A DNA stretch of 64,000 nucleotides from Eukaryota sp. GEM-RC1 (lineage: Eukaryota). The translations under genes and the position numbers were made by a program. Positions 11,340 to 24,174 of the stretch are shown here, one piece after another. Each line of letters opens with the position of its first letter. Position 1 is the first letter of the stretch. Location: NCBI GenBank assembly GCA_040285855.1, contig JAUFOQ010000004.1, positions 124,001 to 188,000 of the forward strand, in the 5' to 3' direction. Below the pieces are notes generated by a model. The model saw nothing but the letters and a program-made list of their open reading frames with translations, ran no database searches and had not been told where the DNA came from.

Positions 11340-11847
11340 ATATTGAGGTGTTAATTTCTTATCATCTTTTAATAGGTAGATTGTTGATCATCTACTACTA
11401 GTAGTAGATCTTGTTTATTTCAATCTTTGTCTATTGTTAAAGGTTATTCCGATTAACTAGAGTAAGGAATTCTTTGAATCAGGATCATTTGGTTGTTATG
11501 AAACGTTGTGTTTTTCAATGTCGAACTCAATTGATTCCTGTTAATTGTTGGACTTTGTAAAAGTGAATCTAGTGTTGAAATACTGTATTAACACAGATCT
11601 ACAATGCGGAATAAATGTTGTACATACATACCTTTTATTTACAAGCTACAAAATGAACTGTTGAAAAACACTCTGAAATGGTATTGAAAAATACCAAAAG
11701 CACAACCTAAAATTAGAAAACAAAACTACTACAAGTATTAAAAAACACTCAAAAAATACAGAAATTTGTTGATGTTAAAAAACACCGTTTAAAGTATTTA
11801 AAAACACTTTAATTGTAAACTCCCAAACAACCAGAAATCTGGAAAAG

Positions 11848-13059
11848 TTATCGAATAGCCATTCCACGGAGAGCACCTCTTTGAGCATGAGAAACATCAT
11901 TGTTAAAACTCTTTTCCTTCTGTTCAAAAGCCTTCCAGAACTGGATAGATTCATCAGCAGCGGCGGAAACAAGAGTTTCACCATCAGGAGACAAAGCCAA
12001 GTTCAAGACACGGGCAGTGTGGCCCTTCATTTGACCTACTTTAACCATTGAGGGATATTTCCAGACGTTAATCTCATTGTTTCGGTATCCATGAGAGGAG
12101 ATCAATTCACGAGAGTTTTGAGACCAAACGATAGAGCAAACCTGGCTTTCAGTGTCAACAGAATCCAATAGCTTCCCAGTGGCAGTGTTCCACATCTTGA
12201 TGGTTCTGTCAGCAGTACCACCACCAGTAGCTAAGAGATTGCGTTGGAAGGGTGCCCAGGCAACGGCCTTGACGGCAGCTTGGTGATCAGTAAGGATGTG
12301 TTGAGGACTAGCTGAGTCGAGGTTCCAGAGGCAAAGGTGGTTATCATTGGATCCTGAAGCTAATTGAGTTCCATCATGGGACCATGCAAGACCACAGATT
12401 TCACCTTGGTGATAATTGAAGGTGGAAGAGATGTGTTGGGCAACTCTCACGTCATGATTGATGATGGAACAATCACGTGATCCAGAAGAGAGGATGTGAT
12501 TGTTCCAAGACAAAGAAGAAACTCTGCCGGCATGACCACGAAGAGTACGAACTTGGCGTTGCTTTTCAACATCCCAAAGCTTGACTACGTTTGAATCGGT
12601 TCCAATGGCTAAGTGGCTTCCACATGCTGTCCATTGGACAGAACAAACGGAATCACCCTCAGGAAGCACACAAAGCTCAGAAACTGATCCAGTGGATCCA
12701 TTCCACAAGTAGACAGCATTGGCAAGACCAACAGCAAGAACATTAGACTTGGAATAGTCAATCAAGTTGAGATAGTAGTCATTGGTGAAACCAGGAGCAT
12801 CAAGAGTTCGATCGGGTTCACTGGGAAGTCTTCTTGCTGATTGGCGGGTGGTGTGGTTGGAAACACGGCTCTGGGAGTAAACCACTCTATTGTGATTCAG
12901 CGATCCTGCAGGAGCCGAAGGAGCCGATCCTCGGAAAGACAAGACTTTGGATTCTGATTGTTTGGGAGATACGTTCATTGGTGGGAGTAAACTAGATTGT
13001 CCGATAGACAAATCCATTGCAGTAAGGGTTGGTACCAGACGACAGTTAACTTGTGTCAT
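11848..13059 (-). CDS. CDC20: Cdc20/Fizzy APC/C co-activator (WD40)
   Basis: KVLSF (KILR-like), RTLDAPGFTNDYYLNLIDYS, seven WD40 repeats, ATGGGTADR, C-terminal IR tail. Confidence 0.93.
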   Translation of the reverse strand: MTQVNCRLVPTLTAMDLSIGQSSLLPPMNVSPKQSESKVLSFRGSAPSAPAGSLNHNRVVYSQSRVSNHTTRQSARRLPSEPDRTLDAPGFTNDYYLNLIDYSKSNVLAVGLANAVYLWNGSTGSVSELCVLPEGDSVCSVQWTACGSHLAIGTDSNVVKLWDVEKQRQVRTLRGHAGRVSSLSWNNHILSSGSRDCSIINHDVRVAQHISSTFNYHQGEICGLAWSHDGTQLASGSNDNHLCLWNLDSASPQHILTDHQAAVKAVAWAPFQRNLLATGGGTADRTIKMWNTATGKLLDSVDTESQVCSIVWSQNSRELISSHGYRNNEINVWKYPSMVKVGQMKGHTARVLNLALSPDGETLVSAAADESIQFWKAFEQKEKSFNNDVSHAQRGALRGMAIR

Positions 13060-13163
13060 GTAAATTATGGGCTCTCTTTTAGAACAAACAAAGTTGACAT
13101 TTTGGCGCCAATTCTGATTCAACAAGTCTCGTTTCCTGCGCAATTTCGGATTAAATACCTTTC

Positions 13164-14207
13164 ATGCATCTGTATCTTTTTTCTTCTTTTGTGCTATCTG
13201 ACGTTGACGTTTGCTTCGTCCGTCTACATCAGGAGTACCAAACACCATCTCTTGATCAAAGATCAGGAATCACACAAAACTGCACATCTTAAGGATGCTT
13301 CTTCGTGTATTAAAGGCAGTCTCGAATTCATTACCATCAATAGAAAAAGTCCTTTTGCTTGTGTCGATGGCCGCAATGACAAACGGGAGGCCACAACCTT
13401 TGGAGGATCCTTAGCTGAGTTTATGTTGAGTCTTTCTTCTATTTCCAAGCTGTCTTCTTCAATATCCTATGATGTATCTCGTGTTATGTCGGATTATCTT
13501 AACAATGGTAGTGCTTTGTATCTTCATACAGACGATGATGCCATCTCTGCTCTTCAAGAAGATCTCCTTGAATTAGGCTATACTGACGTTGACATCCACA
13601 ATCCCGCCGAAGATGTTCAGCCAATTCTTTTGGATATGTTGAGCCAGAACCCAAAATACACTGGATGTGGACATATCAGGCTTCTACAAACAGATCCCCG
13701 TTATTACGCCGATTCAGTTCTCATTGGGGAAGTGATTAGGTTCTTCTATCATTATCTTTGGGAAGGTCATTGGGAGGAGAACATGTTCTTCTCTGTGTTA
13801 CATGGACGTCATTCTGAAGAGAGAGTTGTGGTGGTTTCATCAAGAGATTTAGATGATGATAATCCATCTGTTCCTGCTTTCTGTCCTTTTCATGACAATC
13901 ATAGTAGCTTTGTTTATCACAAGGACTTGGTTCAGAAGCTACGGAAATCTAATTCCAAATGGTTTGGTACGTATTTTGACGTTGATGAAGATCTTTTATT
14001 GGAACAAATGAACATCTTGGGTAACTTTTGGGCTAAACTGACTCTAAATAGACTAGCAAAAGGTCTCGCTGTCTATGAGTTAGAAGTTGTTGACCAGAAT
14101 GTTAAATCTCTTTGTTCAAGATTCTAAATTCTCTAGTTGTTATCGCTGGAGTTGCCATTGTTGTATATGTTGTAAAGTTTCTCAGAAAACAAAAATCTCC
14201 CCAGTAA
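13164..14207 (+). CDS. Membrane-anchored zeta-class (CDCA-like) carbonic anhydrase, paralogue 1 (frameshifts near both ends)
   Basis: CVDGR...GG...HTDD...GCGH...LHGRHSE..V motif order. Signal peptide from ATG 13164 and TM tail LVVIAGVAIVVYVV recovered by correcting single-base indels. Confidence 0.65.
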
Positions 14208-14529
14208 CTACACTGTACTTAGAATTTCCTTTCAACATTTGTTTTTCGTTGTGTTGATTAAATGTTTTTAGCATTAACCTACTGTAGTCTACTTAGTAAT
14301 TGTTTATTCTCCAAGATTAAAAGAGTAGGTTCCCGAATGTCTTCACACCTCACCTAGACTAATCACCAGAAGATGTTTCACGTCTTAACCCGCAATTGAT
14401 TCCAAATGGAAACATAGAATGTTGAAGTGACACTCGGGCAAACAAAGATAAATCGTATCTGGCATTTTTCAAACTGTCCAAAAATCCTTTCTGTTTTTGA
14501 CTGTTTGGAGGTTTGTTGATTGAATTGCA

Positions 14530-15600
14530 ATGATCGTTTTGCTATTTTGCTATCTAGTTGTTGTTGTTCTAAGCGCTTCTACATACATTGAAGGTACCAA
14601 ATATGATCTTAAGATAACAACCCAATTCCCTGGCGATGGTATGAGTTCCAAGGATGTATCTAAGTTCGTCAGTTCCACTATCAAACACATACATGTAAAT
14701 ACAACATCCCCTTTCGCCTGTGTTGATGGGCGTAATGACAAACATCAACCCGGGACTTTTGGAGGTTCCCTAGCAGAGTTTATCCTGGCTCTGATCTCGG
14801 TATCGAAGCTATATCCCTCCAAGGATCTTCCAGTAACCTCATTAATGTCAGAATACCTCAATTCAAACAATTCCCTCTACTTTCATAGTGATGATGAATC
14901 AATGGGCTACTTAGAAGACCATCTACATCATCTAGGATACCCTGACGTTGATCTTCACAACCCACCCTCTTCTCTCCAGCCCTTGCTACTAGATCTGTTG
15001 GTCAACAATCCAAAATTCACTGGCTGTGGACACATTAAGCTTCTCATGACTGATGAAAAGTATGGATCCCATGTAAACTTAGTACATGACGTGATCACGT
15101 CATTCTTTACTCTTTATTGGAAAAAGTTCCATAGTAATGCAATGTATTTTTCTGTTCTTCACGGTCATCATCAAGAAACTGCTGTTGTTGTGGTATCATC
15201 AAAGGTTTCGGAAGCCAAAACTTCAGTTGTTCCTGCTTTCTGTCCTTTTCATGACAATCATAGTAGCTTTGTTTATCACAAGGACTTGGTGCAGAAGCTA
15301 CGGAAATCTAATTCCAAATGGTTTGGAGCGTATTTTGATATAGATCAGGACTTATTACTGGACCAAATCAACCTTGTAGGAAGCTTCTGGGCTAAATTGA
15401 CATTAGAAAGGCTAGCAACTGGTCTTGCTATTTACGAATTAGAGGTTTTACCTGCAGATCGACTTTGGCTTATTGTTTTAGCTGTTGTTGTAGTTACCAT
15501 AATTGTCTTCGGATCAGCCATGTATTTCTCTAGAAAGAAGAAACAAGCAAACCCTGAAATTTGGTCAGAGTTAGTGAGTTATGCTGAGCAACTTCTGTAA
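14530..15600 (+). CDS. Membrane-anchored zeta-class (CDCA-like) carbonic anhydrase, paralogue 2
   Basis: Signal peptide, CVDGR...TFGG...HSDD...GCGH...LHGHHQE motifs, C-terminal TM helix followed by RKKK. Confidence 0.7.
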   Translation: MIVLLFCYLVVVVLSASTYIEGTKYDLKITTQFPGDGMSSKDVSKFVSSTIKHIHVNTTSPFACVDGRNDKHQPGTFGGSLAEFILALISVSKLYPSKDLPVTSLMSEYLNSNNSLYFHSDDESMGYLEDHLHHLGYPDVDLHNPPSSLQPLLLDLLVNNPKFTGCGHIKLLMTDEKYGSHVNLVHDVITSFFTLYWKKFHSNAMYFSVLHGHHQETAVVVVSSKVSEAKTSVVPAFCPFHDNHSSFVYHKDLVQKLRKSNSKWFGAYFDIDQDLLLDQINLVGSFWAKLTLERLATGLAIYELEVLPADRLWLIVLAVVVVTIIVFGSAMYFSRKKKQANPEIWSELVSYAEQLL

Positions 15601-15666
15601 AGTGTGCAAATGTATATGACAAGCATTCATAAAATTGAAAATATCTTTTATTAAAATCAATTACTT

Positions 15667-18600
15667 CTAGATATCGTCATCAGGAGAAACACAAACTTCA
15701 GGATCAACTCTCGGAACATACCTTCTTGAAACACCACACATTCGTTGTACTCTACGGAAGGTGATGACCGAGAGCTGTCTAACGGGGGTAATGAAGAACA
15801 AACCACCAAGGAAAAGGATTGAGACCCCTACAATTACTACTAAGATCCAGTTAATGCCAGTATTAGCAGAGTATAAGATGATGTCAGATGCTTGTTGACC
15901 AGAAATTGAAACAACAATGGGAACTTCTTTAGTTTTACCATCAAATTTGATTGATGGAGCAAGACACGTGATCAGTGAGTGTGATTTTGTCATCGTAATA
16001 TCTCGACACTGTTTTGAACCAATCAAAACTTCATCAACATGGTCGGCATTTGGTCCAAAATTATCACCTTTGATTGTTATTTTTGACCCTTTTGATTTGG
16101 TTTCCGAAACAGATGTAATGATTGGTCCCTGATAGCTAAAAATGAATTTGTTAGATGAAACATTTGACGATACAATCTGCAGTCCGTGTCCTTTTCCAGA
16201 ACCTTCAGGTATCAAAATCTTTAGTTTAGAAGTTGAAATAAACTTCGCTTCAGTAGAAACTTTAAGTTCAGACGAAAACCCTTTTCCAAGAAGGATATAC
16301 ATACCACCACGAGTTGAAGGTAGACCGGATTCAAAGGAAGAAATAAGAGGAGGACTGTACGAAAAGTTGAAAAAGGACGAGAAACTGCAAGTTGAGAGGT
16401 GTAGCTGGGTTAATCCTTGTCCGGGAGGTAAGTAGAGATCAATGATTGATGGAGAGACAAAATCAAAATCAACTGGTTCATCACCAATCAAAATCGATCG
16501 ATTCCATGACTCTGATCCAAACTTTCCTCGTAATCTCACGTTACCTCCAGTAATAGGAGGTTCTTCTGAAAGAGATTTTATTACTGGAGAAGAAGAAGAA
16601 AAGGATTGTAACAGTGAATCATCAGAAGAAGAAGTGATGGATAGATTGTTACTAGATTCACATGACAAATCTGGGAGAACAAAGTGAACAGAATTAGAGC
16701 TCTTCTCAAATGAAACTGATTGATTGTTGATTGTGACTGTGGTGACGTCAGCAATCAAGAAGTTAGCTATATGAATCTCGATTTCCTCTTCGGGAAGAAG
16801 TAATCCAGTGAGCTCCATTTGAGGGTCACCGTAATCAAAAGTAAGCGATCCAAAAACGGAATCACCTTCGAGAATAGTGATTAGAACCTTACGTTTTCCG
16901 AAAAGGAAGGTACATCAAACTTGATTTTCGACTTGGAAGATGATAGCTCCATGATCTCTATATCATCAAAGAGGACTTTAAATGAAGAAAGAAGATTAAA
17001 ACCAAAACCTCTGATTGAGATTTCGTCCCCATCTAGTTGATATCCGAAAACAGAAGGAGCAAACTCAACTGACGTGGATGAGTTTAATCCATCAACGTCA
17101 ACAATCAACAAAGGGTCAGAATCAAAATGGAGCTCGTCGTTTATGATTGTCCAGTTTCGGCAACTGATTTCAGAGTGATCTCTTATTAGGTTAATGTTGG
17201 TGCACTCTAATACGTCATTAATGAAAATAGAGATCAACGAAGCGTCATCACCGAAATTATCTCCCTTGATTATTATTGCATCACTTAAATCAATCAGAGC
17301 AGGAGAAATGTCATTGAGTACAGGTCGGTCAAAATCAAACAAATGATTCCACTCGAAATAATCAGATTTGATTGAGATCACGTTTACTCCAGACCCTGAA
17401 GGAAGCTCAAACTCTACAGTACCCTTTCCATTTCCAATAGATAACTGAGAATGAACAGTTATATTGTTAAAAAGAACGCTAATTGAAGAAGAAAAAGTCT
17501 TGAAATGGTGATACATTAGGAGGGAAATTGACCAAATTAATCAACACACGTCGACCTCCACTTGTAGGTCTAACTGGAGCTTCAATTGAACTAACATCAG
17601 GAGAATCAAAGAAAAACGTGAACCAATCAGATTTGATATCATCAGAGACGAGTCTGATTGTACATTTGCCAAATCCGGGGAAGAGGAGAAACTCTCTGGA
17701 CAAATGAGGGGTTGAAGTTACTACAGTGTCAATAGAAAATAAACGTTCATCGGGATCAGATTCAAAAAGTATTCGAGTACGAGTTTGACGTGATTAGGTC
17801 CAAAGTTCTGACCCCCAATCACTCCAATCACGTCACCGGTAGTAGGGATCACGTCGTCAGAGAAAGTAACGTCATCGATTGATGGCAGTGAATAACTGAC
17901 GGTCACACTGTTTGTTTTGTAGAAGGAAAACACAACAGCAATACTTTTAGAACCGAAACCTTCTGGAAAATCAAACACAACAGAACTAGATGATTCTCGG
18001 TGATCAAAGTCAATCAACTCGTCATCAATTTCAATCAACGGATGCTCATCAGGCCAATTAAGACCAGTGATTAGCATTTTAGTACCCGCTGTAGAGATGA
18101 AATCGTCATTGACTGGGACAATGTCGATTATAGAAGGTGAAAACGATACGTCATCAACAGTAGTTGATTGATTGCTGATTGTGATCTTGATTGAGAAACT
18201 TCCAGAAAGATCTCCTGGAGAAATGATTTGATTAAGATCATAACACTTAATCCAAGTATGATCCAACTCAATTCGAGGACAAGAAAAAGAATCAAAATCA
18301 ATAGAGGCAGAATCGACAATTGATCCAAAGTTCTGCCCTTCAATCAAAAAGGGATTGGAAAGATCAATAATACCGCCTTCCAGAATGCTTTCAATCAAAG
18401 GAGGGTCAGAAATCAACTCAAAGTGATTAGACAAGAGCTCATTAACACTGACACTGATTGAAAACTTGCCTTGTACAGGAGGAAGTCTACAGGCCAATCC
18501 ACCATCAATCAAAGTAACATCATCACATTCCGAATCAGTATTGACTAGAACTCTAATCACAGAAACGTTGGAACTAAAGTTTGAACCATAGATATTAATG

Positions 18601-21338
18601 AAATAATCACCAAAAGTAGGGAAATTGGATCGTTCAGAAGTAACAGAATCAATTACTGGGGAATCATAGGTCAAAATGAAGGGCTCAGAAGCAACGTCAT
18701 CAACAGTGACAATCAATTTAGAGTTTCCAGATCCAGAAGGTAAGATGAAGGTCAAGGTATTTTGATCAAGGTCGACATCAACAGAAACCATATCGTTATT
18801 GATTGTCACTCCAATCAAACTCTCATCATTCCCTAGATTCTTTCCTAAAACGAACACTTCAACACCTCCTTTAGTTGGAAAACTAGATTCCGAGACAACT
18901 TCAATGATGATAGGACGGGCAAAGGAAAGTGTAATAGAATTGGTGGAAAAGACGTTTCCAGAAAAGAAGAGGTCAAAAAACCCTTGAGATGACGGAACTT
19001 TTAATTTGATCGATGTTGAAGAGACAAAATCAGCAGCAATAGTTGAGTTTGCAAAGGAAAAATGGGAAGATACTGATCCGGAAGTTGATAGAAAGTTTAG
19101 ATTGATTCCTTTGATTTTGATTGAAGAAGACCCATCAGTGTTGATTGATGTTGATTGAACAGGGTCAAAAATGAATGGACTTAGGAAGAATCCGAAAGAC
19201 TTTGATTGAACAGAAGAGATATTGACTGCAGCAATCAGAGGACCAGTTGGAAACTCAGATAAAAGGCAATCAAAAGTAGAATGGGGCTCAATCAAAGAGA
19301 CAGAATCACAGTAGGATGACGTTCCTTCTTGATTGGTGATCTCAAGGTCAATTTCCGATTCAACTGTTCCAAAATTACTACCATTGATTCTGATTGACTT
19401 GGAATCGTGATTGATAATCGCGAACCGCTTCTCAAACTCGGGAATCACATCAAACACCAACGTTGGTTTGTCATACAAAAACTCAATCAAATTTGATGAC
19501 AGACTTCCTATTTCTACAGACAGTTTAAAACTGCCTTGACCAGGAACAAGAAGGAAGGACAACTCAGAATCACTAGTAGAGGTTGTTTCAGCAACGACAT
19601 TAGAATCAAAGTGAACGAGACAAGTGGAATTTAATCCAAAGTTCTTTCCAATAACGGATATAGTAGAACCTCCAGTAGTGGGAGCTAGGTCATAATACAC
19701 GTCATCAATGATTGGAGAATCGTATTGGCGAGTGAAAGAGGAAACAACGTCATCATCAAGAAGAATCAACACTTTAAAACTTCCAAATCCCGCAACTAAC
19801 TCAAACTTGAGAGAAAAAAAAATCAATTAGTTCAATCTTATCGACATCAATCACTTCATCATTCCTATCAATTTTGATTGAAATCGAGTCGTTATCCAAT
19901 CTAACTCCCACCGCAGTAATCATTACCCCTCCGATTGTTGGGAAACTAGTAGAAGAAAGGTGGTCAATAGAAGGAGCTAAAGGGATTGGGAAGAGGTCAC
20001 TTGATTGACCGTCAACGACAGTAAAAAAAAGAAACAAAAGAGGAAGTGGCGAGAAGAGATGAATCATGGGAAGAAAATCCGTGGCAAGTGATCTCTTTAT
20101 GAGGGTCAGTGATTGAGATCTCGGTACACGTCATGAAGGGATCAAAATTGATTGAAACTTGTTCAAAAGACACTCCAAAGTTCTCTCCCTGTAATCTCAG
20201 CTCCCCACTCAACGACAGATGGCCAGGATCAACACTAGTAATCAGAGGAGGATCATAATCCACGTGTACTTCTGAGCTACTTCTGAGCCCATCAACGTCA
20301 ACAACAACACCGTGTCCAACACCTGATCCTGGGGGAAGGACACAGGACAATGAAGAAGATGAGATGACAACCACCTCTTCGCATAGTCTTCTCCCAACTT
20401 CAACTGTTACTAGACTAGAAGAAAGCCCAAGATCATGACCAGAGAGGAAAAGAGAGGTACCACCAGTGGTAGGGGTATCTCCAGAGAGAGAAGTCACGAG
20501 GGGGGAATTGTAGTGGAAGAGTGGAGCAGAGTGAGCAAGGGTTTGTTCTATAAAGAGAGAAATGGTGTTGCCTCCACCTGTTCCTGGAGGTAATAGGCAA
20601 GTGATGGCGTCATCATCGACTTGAGGGTCAGAGCACTCATTGTCGTTGATAAGAATGGTGATGTTGAGCTCATCCGAAACAGGAAAGTTCTCACCCATGA
20701 TTGAGATCATGACGTTACCATCAATAGGAAATCCGTCATCACCTTCCACAGCAAGTATCCTAGGAGACGAATAAACTACTGAGAAAGCAGGGGAAGAGAA
20801 ACCATCAGAGTTAGTGAGGACGACAGAAGAAGGGGATCCAGAAGAACCAGGAGGAAGGGTGACATTGAATTGGGTGGAGGAAACAAAGTAGACAGGGGTT
20901 TCTTTGGAATTCCAATGGAGAACAGTCTCTTCATTGAAGTTGACACCGTAAATGACAATGGGAATGCCTCCTGAAGTAGGGAAGACGTCAGCAGTAGAAA
21001 CGATCTTGGTGATGATGGGGGAGCGGAAGCGGATGTTGGTAACGGAAACAGAGCGATCATCAAGGTGGAGCGAGATGGTGAAGGAAGAGGTGGGTGGATT
21101 ACTGAGGTTATCACAGGAGATTGTGGTAGAGTTGTAGTAGACAGCATCACATTCATAGCCTCCAAAAAAAAAGTTCAAGGGTTGAATCGTAGTAGAAGTC
21201 TTGTCCTGTAATGAAGATCGATGAACTCCAGTCAATTATATCAGATGTACTGGGACTCAGGATTACTGGCGACTCAGCATTAACTAAGGAGAGTGCCAAA
21301 AGACAAAGTATATACAGGGATAGTTGAAGACACAGCAT
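15667..21338 (-). CDS. Giant type-I surface protein with tandem IPT/TIG domains (about 1900 aa, split by several frameshifts)
   Basis: Signal peptide at 21338; repeated P.I..V......T.GG..I.I.G.NF...C..P.G.G units through ORFs 21153-21338, 20012-21235, 19801-20067, 17721-19826, 16881-17516 and 15667-16818; C-terminal TM helix. Confidence 0.85.
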
Positions 21339-21727
21339 CTAGAAATGTAAGTACAGAAGAGGACATCTTGAGGTAGGAGAACTTCATGTTTACAGTAAGA
21401 GAGATATCTCTATCTAAAGATGTCTTATAGAGCATGTTTACCAATTGAAATTGCAAAAACAGTAAGGTGTTAGTCAATAGTAGTAGAAGTAGTAAGATTG
21501 TTAGGTATAGAGCGTTGTTTTCAAGCTAAACATAAGTTCCAACGTAAACAGAAGAATAATGGTAAATGTACACGATGAAAGTGACAGTTGTCTAAAGTGT
21601 TTAAGTTGGTGAGATGCGTTTGAGATGCAAGTTTGAGTATTCATGTTTAGTAAACTGAAACTGCATGTGGAGGTTTTTCAGTTCCATTCTCCCCTCTACT
21701 ACTAGAAGTATCCTTAACAGCTAAATA

Positions 21728-22267
21728 ATGTCCAAACAATCTCTAGCCAAAAAGGCGAAACTCTTTTGCTGAATCTGAGAAAGTTAACTCTGAAGTCTTT
21801 GTGCTTACCTATGGTTCTGTTGTCACTTCTGTTCTTAAGTCTTGTGAGTCTATTGAAGCTGCAAACACAAAACTTGACAAAATAGGTCAGAATATCGGTA
21901 TAAGACTTATTGATGATTTTTTAGTCCGTTCTGGTCTTTCATGCCGTAAATTTCGTGATACCGTAGATGGCATTAAAGTGGCACTAAAATGTATCTCAAC
22001 GTGTCCACAGAGTCGTTCTTTACATCGGAGATCCAGACTGAAGAAGAACAACTGGAATACACACTTGAACTTAGAGATAATCCCGTCAATGATTTTGTTG
22101 AGATTCCTGAACATCTCACTGGACTACGGTACCTTGCTATTCTCTCAGGAGCAATCAAGGGAGCTTTAGCTCAGACTGGAATGCGTGTGGAAGTAAAAGA
22201 AACAAGTTCTGTCCTTCGAGGAGATCGTGTTGACACTTTGCGTATTAAATATTTAGGAAGGGAATAA
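21728..22267 (+). CDS. BET3: TRAPP complex subunit Bet3/TRAPPC3 (frameshifts)
   Basis: EKVNSEVFVLTYG, LDKIGQNIGIRLIDDFL, KMYLNV, DNPVNDFVEIP, LSGAIKGAL. Confidence 0.92.
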
Positions 22268-22923
22268 GTTTTTTGAGTTGTGTACATTTTCTACTAGTTT
22301 TATAACCATCAATTACCCAATATTGGTTTTTTCAGTTTTTAAACAGTTCGTGTCTATTTTTGTTCAGTTCACACTTCTTTTTTGAACTGAAACGAGTTCT
22401 TTACTTTCCTAACTGGTATATAGTACAAGGTAGATCTTCTGATAAGAATACCATTAATGTACCGTTCATAATCGTTTTTTGGGTAGAGAATGCAATTGGA
22501 ATTGTCAGGACCTGTACACCTGATGAACTGGATTTTTACAAGATAATCGTGCACCTTAAGTAACGTACTGAGTAAAGTAACTTGAGAATATCCTATTTAA
22601 TGAAATATTAAATGCGGGTTTTCGATCTGTTCGTGTAATTCCAGACGCACTTCGTCACTTGAGTTATAGAACTTGCTCTGCTTTCAAACTATGTAAATAG
22701 TAGACTGTACGAACTTCTGTATTACGGTGAACAAACTACTTCTCTTTTGAATGGTCTCTGGAACTATTCTCTTGAAGCGAACGTCGTACGCAGAGAACCT
22801 ATATCAATTGGAGAGAAGTTACAGTAATGTTCTGATAACATTGCATAAAAAACCAAAACAGTTTTATGAATGAATTGTTGAACCTTACAATAATAGAAAA
22901 CTACTGTACATTATAGAAACTGA

Positions 22924-23249
22924 TTACTTTCTATTTTCCACAACTGCAATATGATATCCAAATGGAGTTCGGAAAGGCTCAGAAATTTGATTGTTAGGTA
23001 ATTGAAACACCACACTGGCAAAATCGCCATGAAGAGATTGACGAGTTTGCCAACCAAGCAGTCCTCCTTGTCTGGCTTTATCTTCACTTAAAGATCGTGC
23101 CACTTGATCAAATGAAGTCCCAGCATCCAATTGAGCTTTTGCTTCCAGTATTTTAGATTGCTTTTCGCAGAGAATGTGTCTTACATATACAGACTGTGCT
23201 GATGTTGCTGATTTAGCCTGCACATGATTTCCTTTTTGCTTTTGCCCAT
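22924..23249 (-). CDS. PIN4: Parvulin-type PPIase (Par14/PIN4)
   Basis: VRHILCEKQSKILEA, SEDKARQGGLLGW, RTPFGYHI; ATG 23249 joins through a T-run indel. Confidence 0.92.
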
Positions 23250-23302
23250 TCGAGAGAAATTACAATTTCGAAGAAGAACAACTCCTTCATTCCTTCTTCA
23301 AA

Positions 23303-24132
23303 ATGACTGTTGACTGGGTTGCTCAGCTGTCAGGTTTTGCGATCATCCTAGTACTAGGGTTTGCTGGTGGTTTATTGCCTGCCAAAGTTTCTAAATCGCA
23401 AAAGACTTCTAAAACTCTTTCTTTTATGAATGCTTTCACTGGTGGACTTTTTCTTTGCTGTTGGCTTAGAAAGCTTTACTGACGCTGCTGAGGACTTTGG
23501 GGAATTGGATTTCTTACAGTCTATAGGTCTGGGTTCCGTCCCTTGGCACATGGCATTTGCATTGTTAGCTGTCATCGTCATTATGGCAGCGGAGTTTGCT
23601 TTGTTAATGTTCATGATGATGAGCTCTTAATACAATCCGACCATAGCAAATCTGATCCGTCACACAGTCATGGAACTTCTCCATACCTATTGGTTGTGTT
23701 ATTATCTATTCATTCCCTGTTGGAAGGAGCTGCAGTTGGTTCAGCAAGTGGACGTTCTTTTATGTCATTCTCATTGCAATATGTGCTCATAAGTTCTTTG
23801 CTGCACTTGCTTTGGGTACTTCAATTACACGTGGAGGAATACCATTTGGTAAACACTTCATTTTGGTTGCCATATTTGCTCTCAGTACGCCTTTAGGACA
23901 GTTTATTGGTATTTCCTTCTCTTCTTTCTTGGAAGCTCGGGCTGCTGAAGTTTCCAGTGCCATATTTGCTTCACTAGCTACTGGTACATTTGCTTGGGTT
24001 GCACTATGCGAAATCCTACATCCTGAAATGGAAAAGGGTTCTATTTCTGACAAGAGGAAAAAAGTTTTATTTGCGTTCCTTGGAATGCTATCGATTATCA
24101 TAGTTACTGCTATTATGGAGGAACATGATTAG
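23303..24132 (+). CDS. ZIP-family (SLC39) zinc/iron transporter (frameshifts)
   Basis: NAFTGGLFFAVG, His-rich loop, LSIHSLLEGAAVG, AICAHK, LATGTFAWVALCEIL; multiple TM segments. Confidence 0.88.
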
Positions 24133-24174
24133 GCAGAACAAATTTAAAGTATAAATAGATATTAGATATATTGT

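Noticed and set aside
12997..13143. Apparent overlap of the CDC20 and carbonic anhydrase ORFs
   Set aside because: Artefact of extending to TTG starts; the ATG starts at 13059 and 13164 do not overlap.
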